Shown here one piece after another: positions 17,008 to 26,381 of a stretch of DNA of 32,000 nt. The translations under genes and the position numbers were made by a program. The notes beneath the pieces were generated by a model. The model worked only from the letters and a program-made list of their open reading frames with translations. It did not search any database and was not told the origin of the DNA. The stretch's first letter is position 1. Each line of letters starts with the position of its first letter. The stretch lies in the NCBI RefSeq assembly GCF_000009045.1, contig NC_000964.3:2910001-2942000 (forward strand). The letters run 5' to 3'. Origin of the DNA: Bacillus subtilis subsp. subtilis str. 168. Lineage in GTDB: Bacteria; Bacillota; Bacilli; Bacillales; Bacillaceae.

Positions 17008-19422
17008 TCAGCCTCTTAAAACAGCTTGATATGTGTCTTCTAACGCTTTCAGCACTTTGCTGTGCGCCTTTGTCACTTCTTCTTCAGTCAGTGTTTGTTC
17101 AGGATTGACATACTGGAGTGAGAAAGCGACTGACTTCTTGCCTTCCTCCATATGCTCTCCTTCGTATACGTCAAATACGGTTACCTCTTTCAGAAGCTTG
17201 CCCCCGGCCTCTTTAATGACGCTCTCGAGCTGTCCGCTTGTGACGGTTTTATCTGTTACAAGAGCGATATCACGTGTCACAGACGGATATTTTGGAATCG
17301 CCGTGTAAACAAGCGGTGCTGTTTCTGCTGCGAGCAACGCATGAAGATCGAGCTCAAATACGTATGTTTCCTTTATATCCAGTTCTTTTTCCAATGAAGG
17401 ATGGACTTGGCCGATGAAGCCGATCAGAGAACCATTCAATAAAATGTTCGCTGTTCTGCCCGGATGCAGCTGTTTGCGTTCAGACTGTACAAATTCAATG
17501 CTGTCTAGGACGTTGAGTTTGTCTAACAGCCCTTCCACAATTCCTTTGACAACAAAGAAATCAACTGGTTTCTTTTCACCCTGCCATAGCTGCTTGCGCC
17601 ATAATCCGGTAACAGCTCCTGCTACGCGTTCTGTTTCAACAGGTTTTGTGTCCTCTTCCTTCGTTAGGAAAACGGAGCCAACTTCGTACAGTGCAACTGA
17701 GTCAGTCTGCCTCGCAAGATTGTAAGAAACAGAATCAAGCAGATTTGGAACAAGACTGTGTCTGAGAATGCTTCTTTCTTCACTCATTGGAAGCGCAAGC
17801 ACAGTATTCAGTGATTTTTCAATCGCAAACGCTGTCGCTTTCTTCTCGTTTGTCAGTGAGTAAGTGATGGCTTGTGATAAGCCTGCGCCTTCAAGGAAGC
17901 GTCTGACTTTACGGCGTTTTGCCTGATATGGCGTTAATCCGCCTGTAGTTCCCGCTGTCTCAGGAAGCGTAGACGGAATGTTATCGTAGCCGTACAGTCT
18001 TGCCGCTTCTTCGATTAAATCCTCTTCTATTGTAATGTCACCGCGCCGTGATGGGACAGTCACAACGAGAAGATCATCCGCTTCACCGACCGTAAAACCG
18101 AGACGTTTATAAATGCTGATCAGTTCTTCTTTACTGATCGTCAGGCCTAGAACGCTGCTCACTTTGTCAGCAGATACGTGAATGTTATTTGCTTCGATTG
18201 TCAGGTGATCTTCCTCAACCGTTCCAGCAAGCACCTCACCGCCGGCATACAGATGGATCAGCTGCGCAGCCCGTTCTGCTGCAAGACGTACGCGTGCCGG
18301 ATCAATTCCTTTTTCAAATCTTACGCTTGATTCACTTCTCAAACCAAGGTCTTTGGAAGCCTTGCGAACCTTCTGCCCGTTGAAATACGCAGCCTCAAGC
18401 AAAATGGTTTTCGTATCTTCCTGAACCTCTGACTCTGCTCCTCCCATGACACCGGCAACGGCCTGCGCTTTCGTTCCGTTTGTAATGACAAGGTGATCGG
18501 CAGACAGCTTACGTTCTTGATCATCAAGTGTTACGATCATTTCATTCTCAGCTGCTTTTCTTACTACGACTTCCTTAGAGCCAAATCTGTCATAATCAAA
18601 CGCATGAAGCGGCTGTCCGTATTCCAACAGGACAAAATTTGTGATGTCAACGACGTTGTTGTGCGGACGAATGCCTGCATTCATCAGCTTTGTCTGCATC
18701 CAAAGCGGTGACGGAGCAATCGTGACATTTTTAATGATTTTTGCAGTGTACAGCGGGTTCGCTTCTTGATCTTCAATTTTGACTGAAATGTAATCAGACG
18801 CTTGTTCTGAAGCAGCCGGGTAATCCGTTTGCGGAAGCTTTACCTCAGTGTCTAAAATCGCCGCAACCTCGTAAGCAACACCAAGCATGTTCATGGCATC
18901 CGCGCGGTTTGGCGTTAAACCCAGCTCAAGAATCGCATCGTCAAGCTGTAAAGCCGCTAAGGCATCGCTTCCTGTTTCAGCGTCATTCGGGAATACGAAA
19001 ATGCCTTCTGCATACTCCTTCGCCACAAGTTTGCTTTCGATACCAAGCTCCTGTAAGGAACAGATCATGCCGTTTGATTCTTCACCGCGAAGCTTGGCTT
19101 TTTTGATTTTGAAATTGCCCGGCAGCACCGCTCCGACTGTTGCAACTGCGACTTTTTGTCCCTTATCCACATTCGGCGCGCCGCAAATGATTTGTACAGG
19201 GGCTTCAGCTCCGATATCCACAAGGCACTTATTCAGCTTATCAGCATTCGGGTGCTGCTCGCGCTCCAGCACATGGCCGATGACAACGCCTTTGATGCCT
19301 TCTCCTTTGTATTCAATTCCTTCAACCTCAATACCGGCTCTTGTAATTTTTTCAGCAAGAACAGCCGGGTCCATGCCTTTTAAATCAACATAATCCTCTA
19401 ACCATTTATAAGAAACAAACAT
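17008..19422 (-). CDS. pheT: Phenylalanyl-tRNA synthetase beta subunit
   Basis: 804 aa. [13 protein letters not shown]-terminus, tRNA-binding (OB) domain, B3/B4 and B5 domains, and a ferredoxin-fold anticodon-binding C-terminus. SD GAGGAGGA lies 7 nt upstream. Confidence 0.97.
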   Translation of the reverse strand: MFVSYKWLEDYVDLKGMDPAVLAEKITRAGIEVEGIEYKGEGIKGVVIGHVLEREQHPNADKLNKCLVDIGAEAPVQIICGAPNVDKGQKVAVATVGAVLPGNFKIKKAKLRGEESNGMICSLQELGIESKLVAKEYAEGIFVFPNDAETGSDALAALQLDDAILELGLTPNRADAMNMLGVAYEVAAILDTEVKLPQTDYPAASEQASDYISVKIEDQEANPLYTAKIIKNVTIAPSPLWMQTKLMNAGIRPHNNVVDITNFVLLEYGQPLHAFDYDRFGSKEVVVRKAAENEMIVTLDDQERKLSADHLVITNGTKAQAVAGVMGGAESEVQEDTKTILLEAAYFNGQKVRKASKDLGLRSESSVRFEKGIDPARVRLAAERAAQLIHLYAGGEVLAGTVEEDHLTIEANNIHVSADKVSSVLGLTISKEELISIYKRLGFTVGEADDLLVVTVPSRRGDITIEEDLIEEAARLYGYDNIPSTLPETAGTTGGLTPYQAKRRKVRRFLEGAGLSQAITYSLTNEKKATAFAIEKSLNTVLALPMSEERSILRHSLVPNLLDSVSYNLARQTDSVALYEVGSVFLTKEEDTKPVETERVAGAVTGLWRKQLWQGEKKPVDFFVVKGIVEGLLDKLNVLDSIEFVQSERKQLHPGRTANILLNGSLIGFIGQVHPSLEKELDIKETYVFELDLHALLAAETAPLVYTAIPKYPSVTRDIALVTDKTVTSGQLESVIKEAGGKLLKEVTVFDVYEGEHMEEGKKSVAFSLQYVNPEQTLTEEEVTKAHSKVLKALEDTYQAVLRG

Positions 19423-19437
19423 CCTTGCATCCTCCTC

Positions 19438-20472
19438 TTACGCCTGTTTAAACTGCGAAATAAATCTGACATCGTTTGTATAGAAGTGGCGGATATCATC
19501 AATGCCATATTTCAGCATCGCGATGCGCTCAACACCCATTCCGAATGCGAAGCCCTGATATTCCTTCGGATCAAAGCCAGCCATTTTAAGCACGTTCGGG
19601 TGAACCATTCCGGCACCGAGGATTTCAATCCAGCCTGTTCCTTTACATACTGAGCAGCCGTTCCCACCGCATTTAAAGCATGTCACATCCACTTCTACTG
19701 AAGGCTCAGTAAACGGGAAGAAGCTTGGGCGGAGTCTGATTTCACGGTCTTGCCCGAACATTTTTTTCGCAACAAGTTCAAGCGTTCCTTTTAAATCACT
19801 CATGCTGATGTTTTTGTCAACGACAAGCCCTTCAATTTGCATAAATTGGTGAGAGTGCGTCGCATCATCGTTATCACGGCGATATACTTTACCCGGGCAA
19901 ATGATTTTAACGGGACCTTTGCCTTCATGCTTTTCCATCGTACGTGTTTGGACAGGAGAAGTTTGCGTTCTCATCAAAGTTTCCTCTGTGATGTAAAAGC
20001 TGTCCTGCATATCGCGCGCTGGGTGTTCTTTCGGAAGATTGAGCGATTCGAAGTTGTAGTAATCCGTTTCAACCTCTGGCCCTTCCTCGACTGTGTAGCC
20101 CATACCGATAAATAAATCTTCAATTTCTTCAATGACAACAGTGAGCGGATGGCGGCCGCCGACTGCAACAGGGTTCCCCGGCAGCGTGACGTCAATTGTC
20201 TGTCCTGCAAGCTTCTGTTTCATTTCCTCTTCTTCAAGCTTCTCGTTTTTGTCAGCAATCGCATTGGCAATACGCTCCCTTACTTCGTTCGCGAGCGCCC
20301 CCATTTTTGGACGTTCCTCAGCAGAAAGCTTGCCCATTCCGCGCAGCACTTCTGTAATCGGCCCTTTTTTTCCGAGATATTGCACCCGAATATCATTGAC
20401 AACCTTCAATGAGCTTGCCGCTTCTACTTGTTCTAAAGCTTCTTGTTCCAGCTGTTTTAGCTTTTCTTCCAT
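19438..20472 (-). CDS. pheS: Phenylalanyl-tRNA synthetase alpha subunit
   Basis: 344 aa. Class II aaRS motifs are present ([41 protein letters not shown]). SD AAGGAGGA lies 6 nt upstream. Confidence 0.97.
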   Translation of the reverse strand: MEEKLKQLEQEALEQVEAASSLKVVNDIRVQYLGKKGPITEVLRGMGKLSAEERPKMGALANEVRERIANAIADKNEKLEEEEMKQKLAGQTIDVTLPGNPVAVGGRHPLTVVIEEIEDLFIGMGYTVEEGPEVETDYYNFESLNLPKEHPARDMQDSFYITEETLMRTQTSPVQTRTMEKHEGKGPVKIICPGKVYRRDNDDATHSHQFMQIEGLVVDKNISMSDLKGTLELVAKKMFGQDREIRLRPSFFPFTEPSVEVDVTCFKCGGNGCSVCKGTGWIEILGAGMVHPNVLKMAGFDPKEYQGFAFGMGVERIAMLKYGIDDIRHFYTNDVRFISQFKQA

Positions 20473-20521
20473 TTTGCATCCTCCTTTTATGTAAACAAAC
20501 CGTCATATGTCTTTGGAAAAT

Positions 20522-20552
20522 AAAAAAAACCCGTCCCTTGTACAAGGGACGA
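20522..20552 (-). terminator. Terminator of the pheS T-box leader
   Basis: The minus strand reads CGTCCCTTGTACAAGGGACG, a 20-nt perfect palindrome (20532..20551), followed by GGTTTTTTTT. Confidence 0.9.
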
Positions 20553-20790
20553 GTTGTGGCCGCGGTACCACCCTTATTTCAGACAGACTGATGCTGTCGT
20601 CAGCTTCATTGACATAACGGAATCAGATTCCGGTTCACCTTTACGCGCAGTGTACGCGGTCCCGGCGACAACTCAAGAGGTGAAGCCAATTTCCGGCTGC
20701 GTTAAAAATGCTCTCAGTCAGCGGCATTTTCTCCCTGGAAAGCAGTTGATCAGAAATTGAGGTCCTCTGTCACGGTTTTTGAAATATTAT
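20522..20790 (-). promoter_or_regulatory. T-box riboswitch leader (Phe, UUC specifier) of pheS-pheT
   Basis: The minus strand carries the conserved T-box sequence AAUAAGGGUGGUACCGCGG (20578..20560), which overlaps the 5' arm region of the terminator as an antiterminator. Stem I elements are present (gtgACAGAGGAcc, ccAGGGAGAaa, ctgACTGAGAGca), as is the F-box-like CCGTTA. The specifier-loop context ggcUUCAcc places UUC at 20684..20682. Confidence 0.88.
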
Positions 20791-20795
20791 GTTCT

Positions 20796-20824
20796 ATTAT
20801 AGAGAAATCCAACGCTTGGCGCAA
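20796..20824 (-). promoter_or_regulatory. Sigma-A type promoter of the pheS leader
   Basis: The minus strand reads TTGCGC (20824..20819), 17 nt, then TATAAT (20801..20796). The -35 begins 2 nt after the ysgA stop codon. Confidence 0.55.
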
Positions 20825-20826
20825 CA

Positions 20827-21573
20827 CTATCCTCGCAAGTGATACACGAGGATGGCAGCCGCAACCGCAACGTTTAGTGATTCAGCCTGTCCGTAAAGCG
20901 GCACGTACAGGTTCAAATCCGTTTTTTCCAGCAATGCAGCATCTACCCCTGCACCTTCATTTCCTACAATGAGCGCAAAGGATTCAGACTGAGGAATCTC
21001 CTGGTAAGGCGCTCCGTTTTGCAGCGCCGTGCCGTATACTTTTACGCCCTCTGCCTTCAATTCGTCCACATATGAAGGCAGGTTTCTTCTCACAACAGGA
21101 ATATGGAAGTGAGATCCTTGAGCAGATCGCAGTGTTTTTCCGTTAAAGGCGTCCGCCGTGCCGTCACCGAGTACAACCGCATCCAAACCGGCCGCATCAG
21201 CCGTTCGAATCATTGTGCCAAGGTTTCCCGGATCTTGAACAGCGTCAATCAGCAGCACCTTGCGTGCCGTTGCCAGCTTTTCTTCAGGCATATGGCACAC
21301 AGCGGCAATCTGCTGCGGCGTTTCGGTTTCAGTCACAGCTGAAAACGCATCTTCACTCAGCATATAGCACTGGATACCAGTCTCAAGATCTGAAGGAATC
21401 CTCGTTTCATCCTTTACAAGGATTTCTTTCACAATGCCCGGGCTTTTCAACGCCTCTTCAACGAGGTGTTCTCCCTCTATCAGAAATGTATTTGTTTTTG
21501 TTCGTTCTTTTTTTGTGTGAAGCTTTTTCCAATCCTTCACTTTTTGGTTTTTTGCCGATTCTATTTGTTTCAC
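20827..21573 (-). CDS. ysgA: SpoU/TrmH-family (SPOUT) RNA 2'-O-methyltransferase (YsgA; I recall it being renamed RlmP, a 23S rRNA Gm methyltransferase)
   Basis: 248 aa. It has an N-terminal substrate-binding domain and SPOUT motifs LLIDAVQDPGNLGTMIRTADAAG, LIVGNEGAGV and YGQAESLNVAVAAAILVY. GTG start at 21573; the AAGGAG SD is rather distant (13 nt). Confidence 0.9.
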   Translation of the reverse strand: MKQIESAKNQKVKDWKKLHTKKERTKTNTFLIEGEHLVEEALKSPGIVKEILVKDETRIPSDLETGIQCYMLSEDAFSAVTETETPQQIAAVCHMPEEKLATARKVLLIDAVQDPGNLGTMIRTADAAGLDAVVLGDGTADAFNGKTLRSAQGSHFHIPVVRRNLPSYVDELKAEGVKVYGTALQNGAPYQEIPQSESFALIVGNEGAGVDAALLEKTDLNLYVPLYGQAESLNVAVAAAILVYHLRG

Positions 21574-21691
21574 TGTCTATGTGGCGCTCCTTTTTTTAAC
21601 ATGATGTTATTATATCGCAAGAACAGCACATAATAAACCAGGTGCAGGGTTAGAATATACGTATTACATTTTAGAAAAAGGAGCGTTTTAC

Positions 21692-21907
21692 ATGGATCTT
21701 AATTTACGTCATGCCGTCATTGCCAATGTCACCGGCAATAATCAGGAGCAGCTTGAGCATACAATCGTAGATGCGATTCAAAGCGGTGAAGAAAAAATGC
21801 TTCCAGGGCTCGGCGTTTTATTCGAAGTCATTTGGCAGCACGCATCCGAAAGTGAGAAAAACGAAATGCTGAAAACGCTTGAAGGCGGATTAAAACCCGC
21901 CGAATAA
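21692..21907 (+). CDS. sspI: Small acid-soluble spore protein I
   Basis: 71 aa ([48 protein letters not shown]...), recognised as SspI. SD AAAGGAG lies 8 nt upstream. Confidence 0.9.
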   Translation: MDLNLRHAVIANVTGNNQEQLEHTIVDAIQSGEEKMLPGLGVLFEVIWQHASESEKNEMLKTLEGGLKPAE

Positions 21908-21913
21908 GACATG

Positions 21914-21941
21914 AAACCGGGTGACAGCGCCCGGTTTTTTT
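21914..21941 (+). terminator. Rho-independent terminator downstream of sspI
   Basis: AAACCGGG-tgacagcg-CCCGGTTT followed by TTTT. Confidence 0.85.
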
Positions 21942-21975
21942 CTTATATAATAAAAACATGATGAGGGGGAACGCC

Positions 21976-23082
21976 ATGTTTTTACAGCCGTTATTAGCGA
22001 AAAAAATTATTGCTGAAGTTAAAAAAATGTACGAACGTGAAGTCATTATTGTAAACACGGACGGTCTTATTATGGCAGGCACAAACGATGAGCGTGTCGG
22101 ACAATTTCATGAGGGAGCGCTTATCTGCGCAAAAGAAAGACGCAGCGTGATTATTACAAAAGAAGATGAAACAAGGTTAAAAGGAGTGAAAGCAGGCATA
22201 AACCTCCCTGTATTTTTTGACCATGATGTGATTGCCGTCTTCGGGCTGACAGGTGAGCCTGCAGAGATTCAGCCATTCGGAGAACTGCTTCGAAAAATGA
22301 CAGAACTGTTCATTAAGGAATCGCGGCACTTAGAGCAATCCCAGTGGCGTGAGAGAATGCTGGAGTCCTTTATGATCGATTGGCTGCAATTAAAGGAGTG
22401 GTCTCCCAGTTTTCTTGAGAAAGCTCAGCTTCTTGGTGTTGACCTTTCTTCCCGGCGCCAAATGATTCTTATTCAGGGGTATGAGTGGTCACCTCATGAT
22501 ATTGAACAAATGGCACGCAGCTGGAAATCCTCGTACCCTGCGGATTTGTTCATCAGGTGGGGAAATGAACGGATTTTGATTAATCATGAAGTGCCGCAGC
22601 ATGAACAAAGGGATCGGCTTTTGCGGAAAATCCTTCACATTTGTTCGTTTGCCAATACCGCAAGCAGCCAATATACAGCAGCTGGCGCCGGAAGGGCTGT
22701 CGCAAGCTCCAGCCTGACAGATTCATACGAGCAAGCGGAAAAAGCGCTGGCTGTCAGCCTTAAGCGAAAAACGCCCATATTTGAAGAGGATCTGAAGCTT
22801 GATATGTGTCTGACGGAGATCAGCCCGGGAACCCGAAACGAATTTCCGCAAAGAGTATTAGGAAAGGCGCTAGAGCATCAGGAACTTATGAATACGATAC
22901 GGACTTTCTTTCATCACGATTTGTCTTTGAAACAAACCGCTGAAGACATGCATATACACATCAATACATTGCGTTATCGTCTGGCTAAGGCTGAACAGCT
23001 GACGGGATTACGTTTTGACCGTACCGAGGACGTCGTCACGATGTACGTCGCACTCTATTTTTTAGATCAAGATACAAAATAG
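21976..23082 (+). CDS. ysfB: CdaR/PucR-family transcriptional regulator (sugar-diacid regulator type), YsfB
   Basis: 368 aa from the ATG at 21976 (SD GAGGGGGA, 5-nt spacer). The N-terminal diacid-recognition-like region (VNTDGLIMAGTNDERVGQFHEGA...GINLPVFFDHDVIAVFGLTGEP) resembles E. coli CdaR. The C-terminal PucR-type HTH is LKQTAEDMHIHINTLRYRLAKAEQLTG. Confidence 0.88.
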   Translation: MFLQPLLAKKIIAEVKKMYEREVIIVNTDGLIMAGTNDERVGQFHEGALICAKERRSVIITKEDETRLKGVKAGINLPVFFDHDVIAVFGLTGEPAEIQPFGELLRKMTELFIKESRHLEQSQWRERMLESFMIDWLQLKEWSPSFLEKAQLLGVDLSSRRQMILIQGYEWSPHDIEQMARSWKSSYPADLFIRWGNERILINHEVPQHEQRDRLLRKILHICSFANTASSQYTAAGAGRAVASSSLTDSYEQAEKALAVSLKRKTPIFEEDLKLDMCLTEISPGTRNEFPQRVLGKALEHQELMNTIRTFFHHDLSLKQTAEDMHIHINTLRYRLAKAEQLTGLRFDRTEDVVTMYVALYFLDQDTK

Positions 23083-23184
23083 AGAGAGTTTCAGTTTCAT
23101 TTTTTGTATGTTTCTCCATGGAAGGCTTTGCTTTTTTTCTTTTACAATAGATTGAAAGCGTTTTTTGACAGGGGGATGGGTGAA

Positions 23185-24597
23185 ATGATCACCAAGGATG
23201 TAAAGGAGCAGCTGATTCAGGTCTCCGGACCAGAAAACTTTGATGACTCGAATGCCGGCCGTCTCGTCTATTCATATGATGCGACGCCTCAGTATCAGTC
23301 TATGCCTGATGCCGTGATTGCTCCGAGGAATACTGATGAAATATCACGCATTTTAACAATTTGCAGCGAACATCGAGTGCCGATCGTTCCAAGAGGATCA
23401 GGGACAAACCTGTGCGGCGGCACGTGCCCGACTGAAGGCGGACTTGTGCTTCTCTTTAAGCACATGAACCAGATTCTTGAAATTGATGAAGAAAATTTAA
23501 CTGCCACAGTTCAGCCGGGCGTCATTACGTTGGATATGATCCGGGCAGTTGAAAGCAAAGGTTTATTTTATCCGCCTGACCCGAGTTCTATGAAAATATC
23601 AACTATCGGGGGCAACATCAATGAAAATTCCGGCGGGCTACGCGGATTAAAATACGGTGTCACCCGCGACTATGTTATTGGACTGGAGGTTGTTCTCGCA
23701 AATGGTGACATCATCCGCACCGGCGGAAAACTCGCAAAGGATGTGGCCGGATACGATCTCACACGTCTTTTTGTCGGCTCAGAAGGAACACTCGGCATTG
23801 TGACAGAGGCAATCGTCAAACTCGTTCCAAAGCCGGAAACAAAGAAGACGCTGCTTGCCCTTTATGAAAACATCGATGCCGCTGCTCAAACGGTATCGGA
23901 CATTATTGCCGCAAAAATTATACCCGCTACGCTTGAATTTCTCGATCAGCCTACACTATTGGTGATTGAGGATTATGCCAAAATCGGACTTCCGACAAGC
24001 GCAAAAGCAGTTCTGTTAATTGAACAAGACGGGCCATTTGAAACTGTTGAACGGGATATGGAAAAGATTGAGGCGATCTGCAAAAAAGGCGACGCCGTAT
24101 CCGTTCAGACCGCACAAACAGAGGAGGAAGCGTTTGCCCTGACTGAAGCCCGGCGTTCTGCACTTTCTGCCCTAGCCCGCCTCAAACCGACGACGATTTT
24201 AGAGGATGCGACCGTTCCTCGCTCAGAAATCGCCAATATGGTTAAAGCGATTAATGATATTGCTGCTAAATATGATATTTCCATCTGCACCTTTGGTCAT
24301 GCGGGAGACGGGAACCTTCACCCGACATGCACGACAGACATAAGAAATAAGGATGAAATGGAACGTGTCGAACAGGCTTTTGCCGAGATTTTTGAGAAAG
24401 CGATTGAACTTGGCGGGACGATAACCGGAGAGCACGGAGTCGGGGAAATGAAAGCGCCTTACTTGGAAATGAAGCTGAAAAAAGAAGGCATTGATGCGAT
24501 GAAAGCGTTGAAAGCGGCATTTGACCCCCGGAACATATTAAATCCCGGCAAAATGTTTGCGAAAGATGCCAGAAAACGTGTGGTGGCGGAAAGATGA
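23185..24597 (+). CDS. glcD: FAD-linked oxidase/dehydrogenase, GlcD (glycolate oxidase/D-lactate dehydrogenase) family, YsfC
   Basis: 470 aa from the ATG at 23185 (SD GGGGGA, 8-nt spacer; the track's 497-aa form lacks an SD). PCMH-type FAD-binding domain (VPRGSGTNLCGG, GGNINENSGG) and C-terminal FAD-oxidase domain (GGTITGEHGVG). Confidence 0.9.
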   Translation: MITKDVKEQLIQVSGPENFDDSNAGRLVYSYDATPQYQSMPDAVIAPRNTDEISRILTICSEHRVPIVPRGSGTNLCGGTCPTEGGLVLLFKHMNQILEIDEENLTATVQPGVITLDMIRAVESKGLFYPPDPSSMKISTIGGNINENSGGLRGLKYGVTRDYVIGLEVVLANGDIIRTGGKLAKDVAGYDLTRLFVGSEGTLGIVTEAIVKLVPKPETKKTLLALYENIDAAAQTVSDIIAAKIIPATLEFLDQPTLLVIEDYAKIGLPTSAKAVLLIEQDGPFETVERDMEKIEAICKKGDAVSVQTAQTEEEAFALTEARRSALSALARLKPTTILEDATVPRSEIANMVKAINDIAAKYDISICTFGHAGDGNLHPTCTTDIRNKDEMERVEQAFAEIFEKAIELGGTITGEHGVGEMKAPYLEMKLKKEGIDAMKALKAAFDPRNILNPGKMFAKDARKRVVAER

Positions 24598-25928
24598 CAA
24601 CAGAAAAAGAAATGAAACAGATCCAAAATGAATTTAAAGAGCGTATGGATGAAGGAGAGTTATTAAATTGTATGCGCTGCGGCTTCTGTCTTCCTTCCTG
24701 TCCGACCTATATCGAATCGGGATTTCAGGAAACACACTCTCCGCGTGGGCGCATCGCCTTAATGAAAGCCGTAGCCGACGGTATGATTGAACCGGATGAA
24801 GATGTCGAACGGTCGCTGTCACTTTGCCTCGGCTGCCGCGCCTGTGAGCCTGTATGCCCGTCTGGCGTGAAATACGGGCAGCTGCTTGAGGAAGCCAGAG
24901 ATATTATCCACCAAAATAAAAAACACTCTCTTGGTGAACGTGTCATGCGAAAGACGGCTTTTCACGAGCTGTTTCCGCATCAAAACCGCATGCGCTCAGC
25001 TGTAAGCCTTATCGGTTTGTATCAGCGTTCAGGACTGCAAACCGCTGTGCGAAAATCAGGCATGCTTCGGGTCCTGCCTGAGCATTTGCGGACGATGGAA
25101 GCTGTTCTTCCTGATGTTCCAAAAAGCAAAGACATGAAACATCGGCCGCGTTTCCTGCCTTCCATTGGCCCCATGAAAAAACGGGTCGCCTTTTTTTCGG
25201 GCTGCTTAATGGATACAATGTTTTTACCGACCAATAACGCCACATTGAAGCTTTTACAGCTGGCAGGCTGCGACATTGTCATTCCGCCTGAACAGGCTTG
25301 CTGCGGGGCGCTTCATGGACACAGCGGTGAAAAAAACACAGGGAAAGAGCTCGCGAAACAAAATATCGCTGCTTTCGAAGCATTAGACGTGGATGCAGTC
25401 ATTACAAACGCAGGAGGATGCGGAGCCTTTCTCACTGAATATGATCATTTGCTGAAGGATGACCCTGAGTGGTCGGAACGGGCTGCCGCTTTTGTTCAAA
25501 AGCTGAAGGATTTTTCTTCTGTTTTGGTTGAACTCGATTTCCATCAAATGGATCTAGCACTCGAGACGCCTCAGGTCGTTACCTACCAAGATTCATGTCA
25601 TCTAAGAAATGTGATGCATACGTCACTCGAGCCCCGCCAGCTTCTTAAAAGCATCAAAGGGGCGGAATTCAAAGAAATGGAGAAAGCAGACAGCTGCTGC
25701 GGGTCAGCGGGAATTTACAACATCGTCGAAGTTGAAATGTCTATGAAAATACTGGACAGCAAAATGGCTGCCGTCAAAGCAACCGAAGCGATCCTCATTG
25801 TAACAGCAAATCCTGGCTGCCTGCTGCAGATGAAGCTCGGCATTGAACGCGAAGGACTAAGCGGTAAAGTCAGAGCCGTTCACCTGGCTGATTTGCTATT
25901 AGAAGCAGCCGGGCACAAAACATCATGA
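24594..25928 (+). CDS. glcF: Iron-sulfur subunit, GlcF/GlpC/HdrD-like (2x[4Fe-4S] plus two CCG domains), YsfD
   Basis: 444 aa. Two ferredoxin-type motifs are present (CMRCGFCLPSCP and CLGCRACEPVCP), along with two cysteine-rich CCG motifs (CCGALHG and CCGSAG). The start ATG overlaps the glcD stop (ATGA at 24594..24597). Confidence 0.9.
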   Translation: MTTEKEMKQIQNEFKERMDEGELLNCMRCGFCLPSCPTYIESGFQETHSPRGRIALMKAVADGMIEPDEDVERSLSLCLGCRACEPVCPSGVKYGQLLEEARDIIHQNKKHSLGERVMRKTAFHELFPHQNRMRSAVSLIGLYQRSGLQTAVRKSGMLRVLPEHLRTMEAVLPDVPKSKDMKHRPRFLPSIGPMKKRVAFFSGCLMDTMFLPTNNATLKLLQLAGCDIVIPPEQACCGALHGHSGEKNTGKELAKQNIAAFEALDVDAVITNAGGCGAFLTEYDHLLKDDPEWSERAAAFVQKLKDFSSVLVELDFHQMDLALETPQVVTYQDSCHLRNVMHTSLEPRQLLKSIKGAEFKEMEKADSCCGSAGIYNIVEVEMSMKILDSKMAAVKATEAILIVTANPGCLLQMKLGIEREGLSGKVRAVHLADLLLEAAGHKTS

Positions 25929-25929
25929 G

Positions 25930-25960
25930 AAAGCCCAAAACAGACATTGTTTTGGGCTTT
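25930..25960. terminator. Bidirectional rho-independent terminator between convergent glcF and ysfE
   Basis: AAAGCCCAAAAC-agacatt-GTTTTGGGCTTT has 12-bp arms. It starts 2 nt after the glcF stop and ends 6 nt before the ysfE stop. Confidence 0.88.
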
Positions 25961-25966
25961 TGTGCG

Positions 25967-26348
25967 TTATTCCATCGGACTGCAAATTTCGATATAATGT
26001 CCATCCGGATCAGCGATATAGGCGACCGTCTGCCCCCATGGTTTCACTTTCGGCTCCCCGATAATCGATACGCCTTGTTCTCTCATCCTTTTGATGACCG
26101 CTTCTACATTTTCAGTAACAAACCCGATTTCAAATGTGTTTGAAGCAGATGTATCCGGAATGTCCAGCGCCGTGATGTCTCTGGCGCTTTCCCGGGTATT
26201 AAGCGCCAATATCGTAGACCCTGTATCAAATTCGACATACGTGCCGTGTTCAGCACGAATCGGCAGTCCTAAAATATCCCGGTAAAAAATGAATAGCCCG
26301 CTTGCTGTCCGATACGTATAGAATAAGATATTTCATTGATAGATTCAT
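25967..26348 (-). pseudogene. ysfE: VOC/glyoxalase-family gene split by a +1 frameshift (ysfE; the 80-aa track ORF is only the C-terminal part)
   Basis: The minus-strand ATG at 26348 (SD GAGAGGGG, 6-nt spacer) gives [21 protein letters not shown], then runs out of frame to a TGA at 26252..26250. Shifting by one base inside the T6 run (plus-strand A6 at 26284..26289) continues as [43 protein letters not shown]...[24 protein letters not shown]. The restored product is about 126 aa, a typical single-domain VOC protein. Confidence 0.8.
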
Positions 26349-26381
26349 TGCCAACCCCTCTCAGCATTTTCAATAGTCCTT

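Noticed and set aside
18887-19393. 168-aa plus-strand ORF antisense to pheT (Ser/Ala/Pro-rich)
   Set aside because: It is a shadow ORF on the opposite strand of a highly conserved CDS, with a low-complexity antisense-frame composition. The same reasoning applies to 11525..11860, 13497..13904, 14262..14609, 20132..20494 and 21213..21599.
21601-21691. Attempt to place a forespore (sigma-G/F type) promoter for sspI
   Set aside because: CATAATA- and CATTTTA-like -10 candidates exist, but none has a properly spaced GnATA-type -35. I could not support a specific call.
21946-21951. TATAAT right after the sspI terminator as a ysfB promoter
   Set aside because: The only -35-like hexamer (GTGACA in the terminator loop) is 19 nt away. 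It is plausible but too weak to list as a feature.
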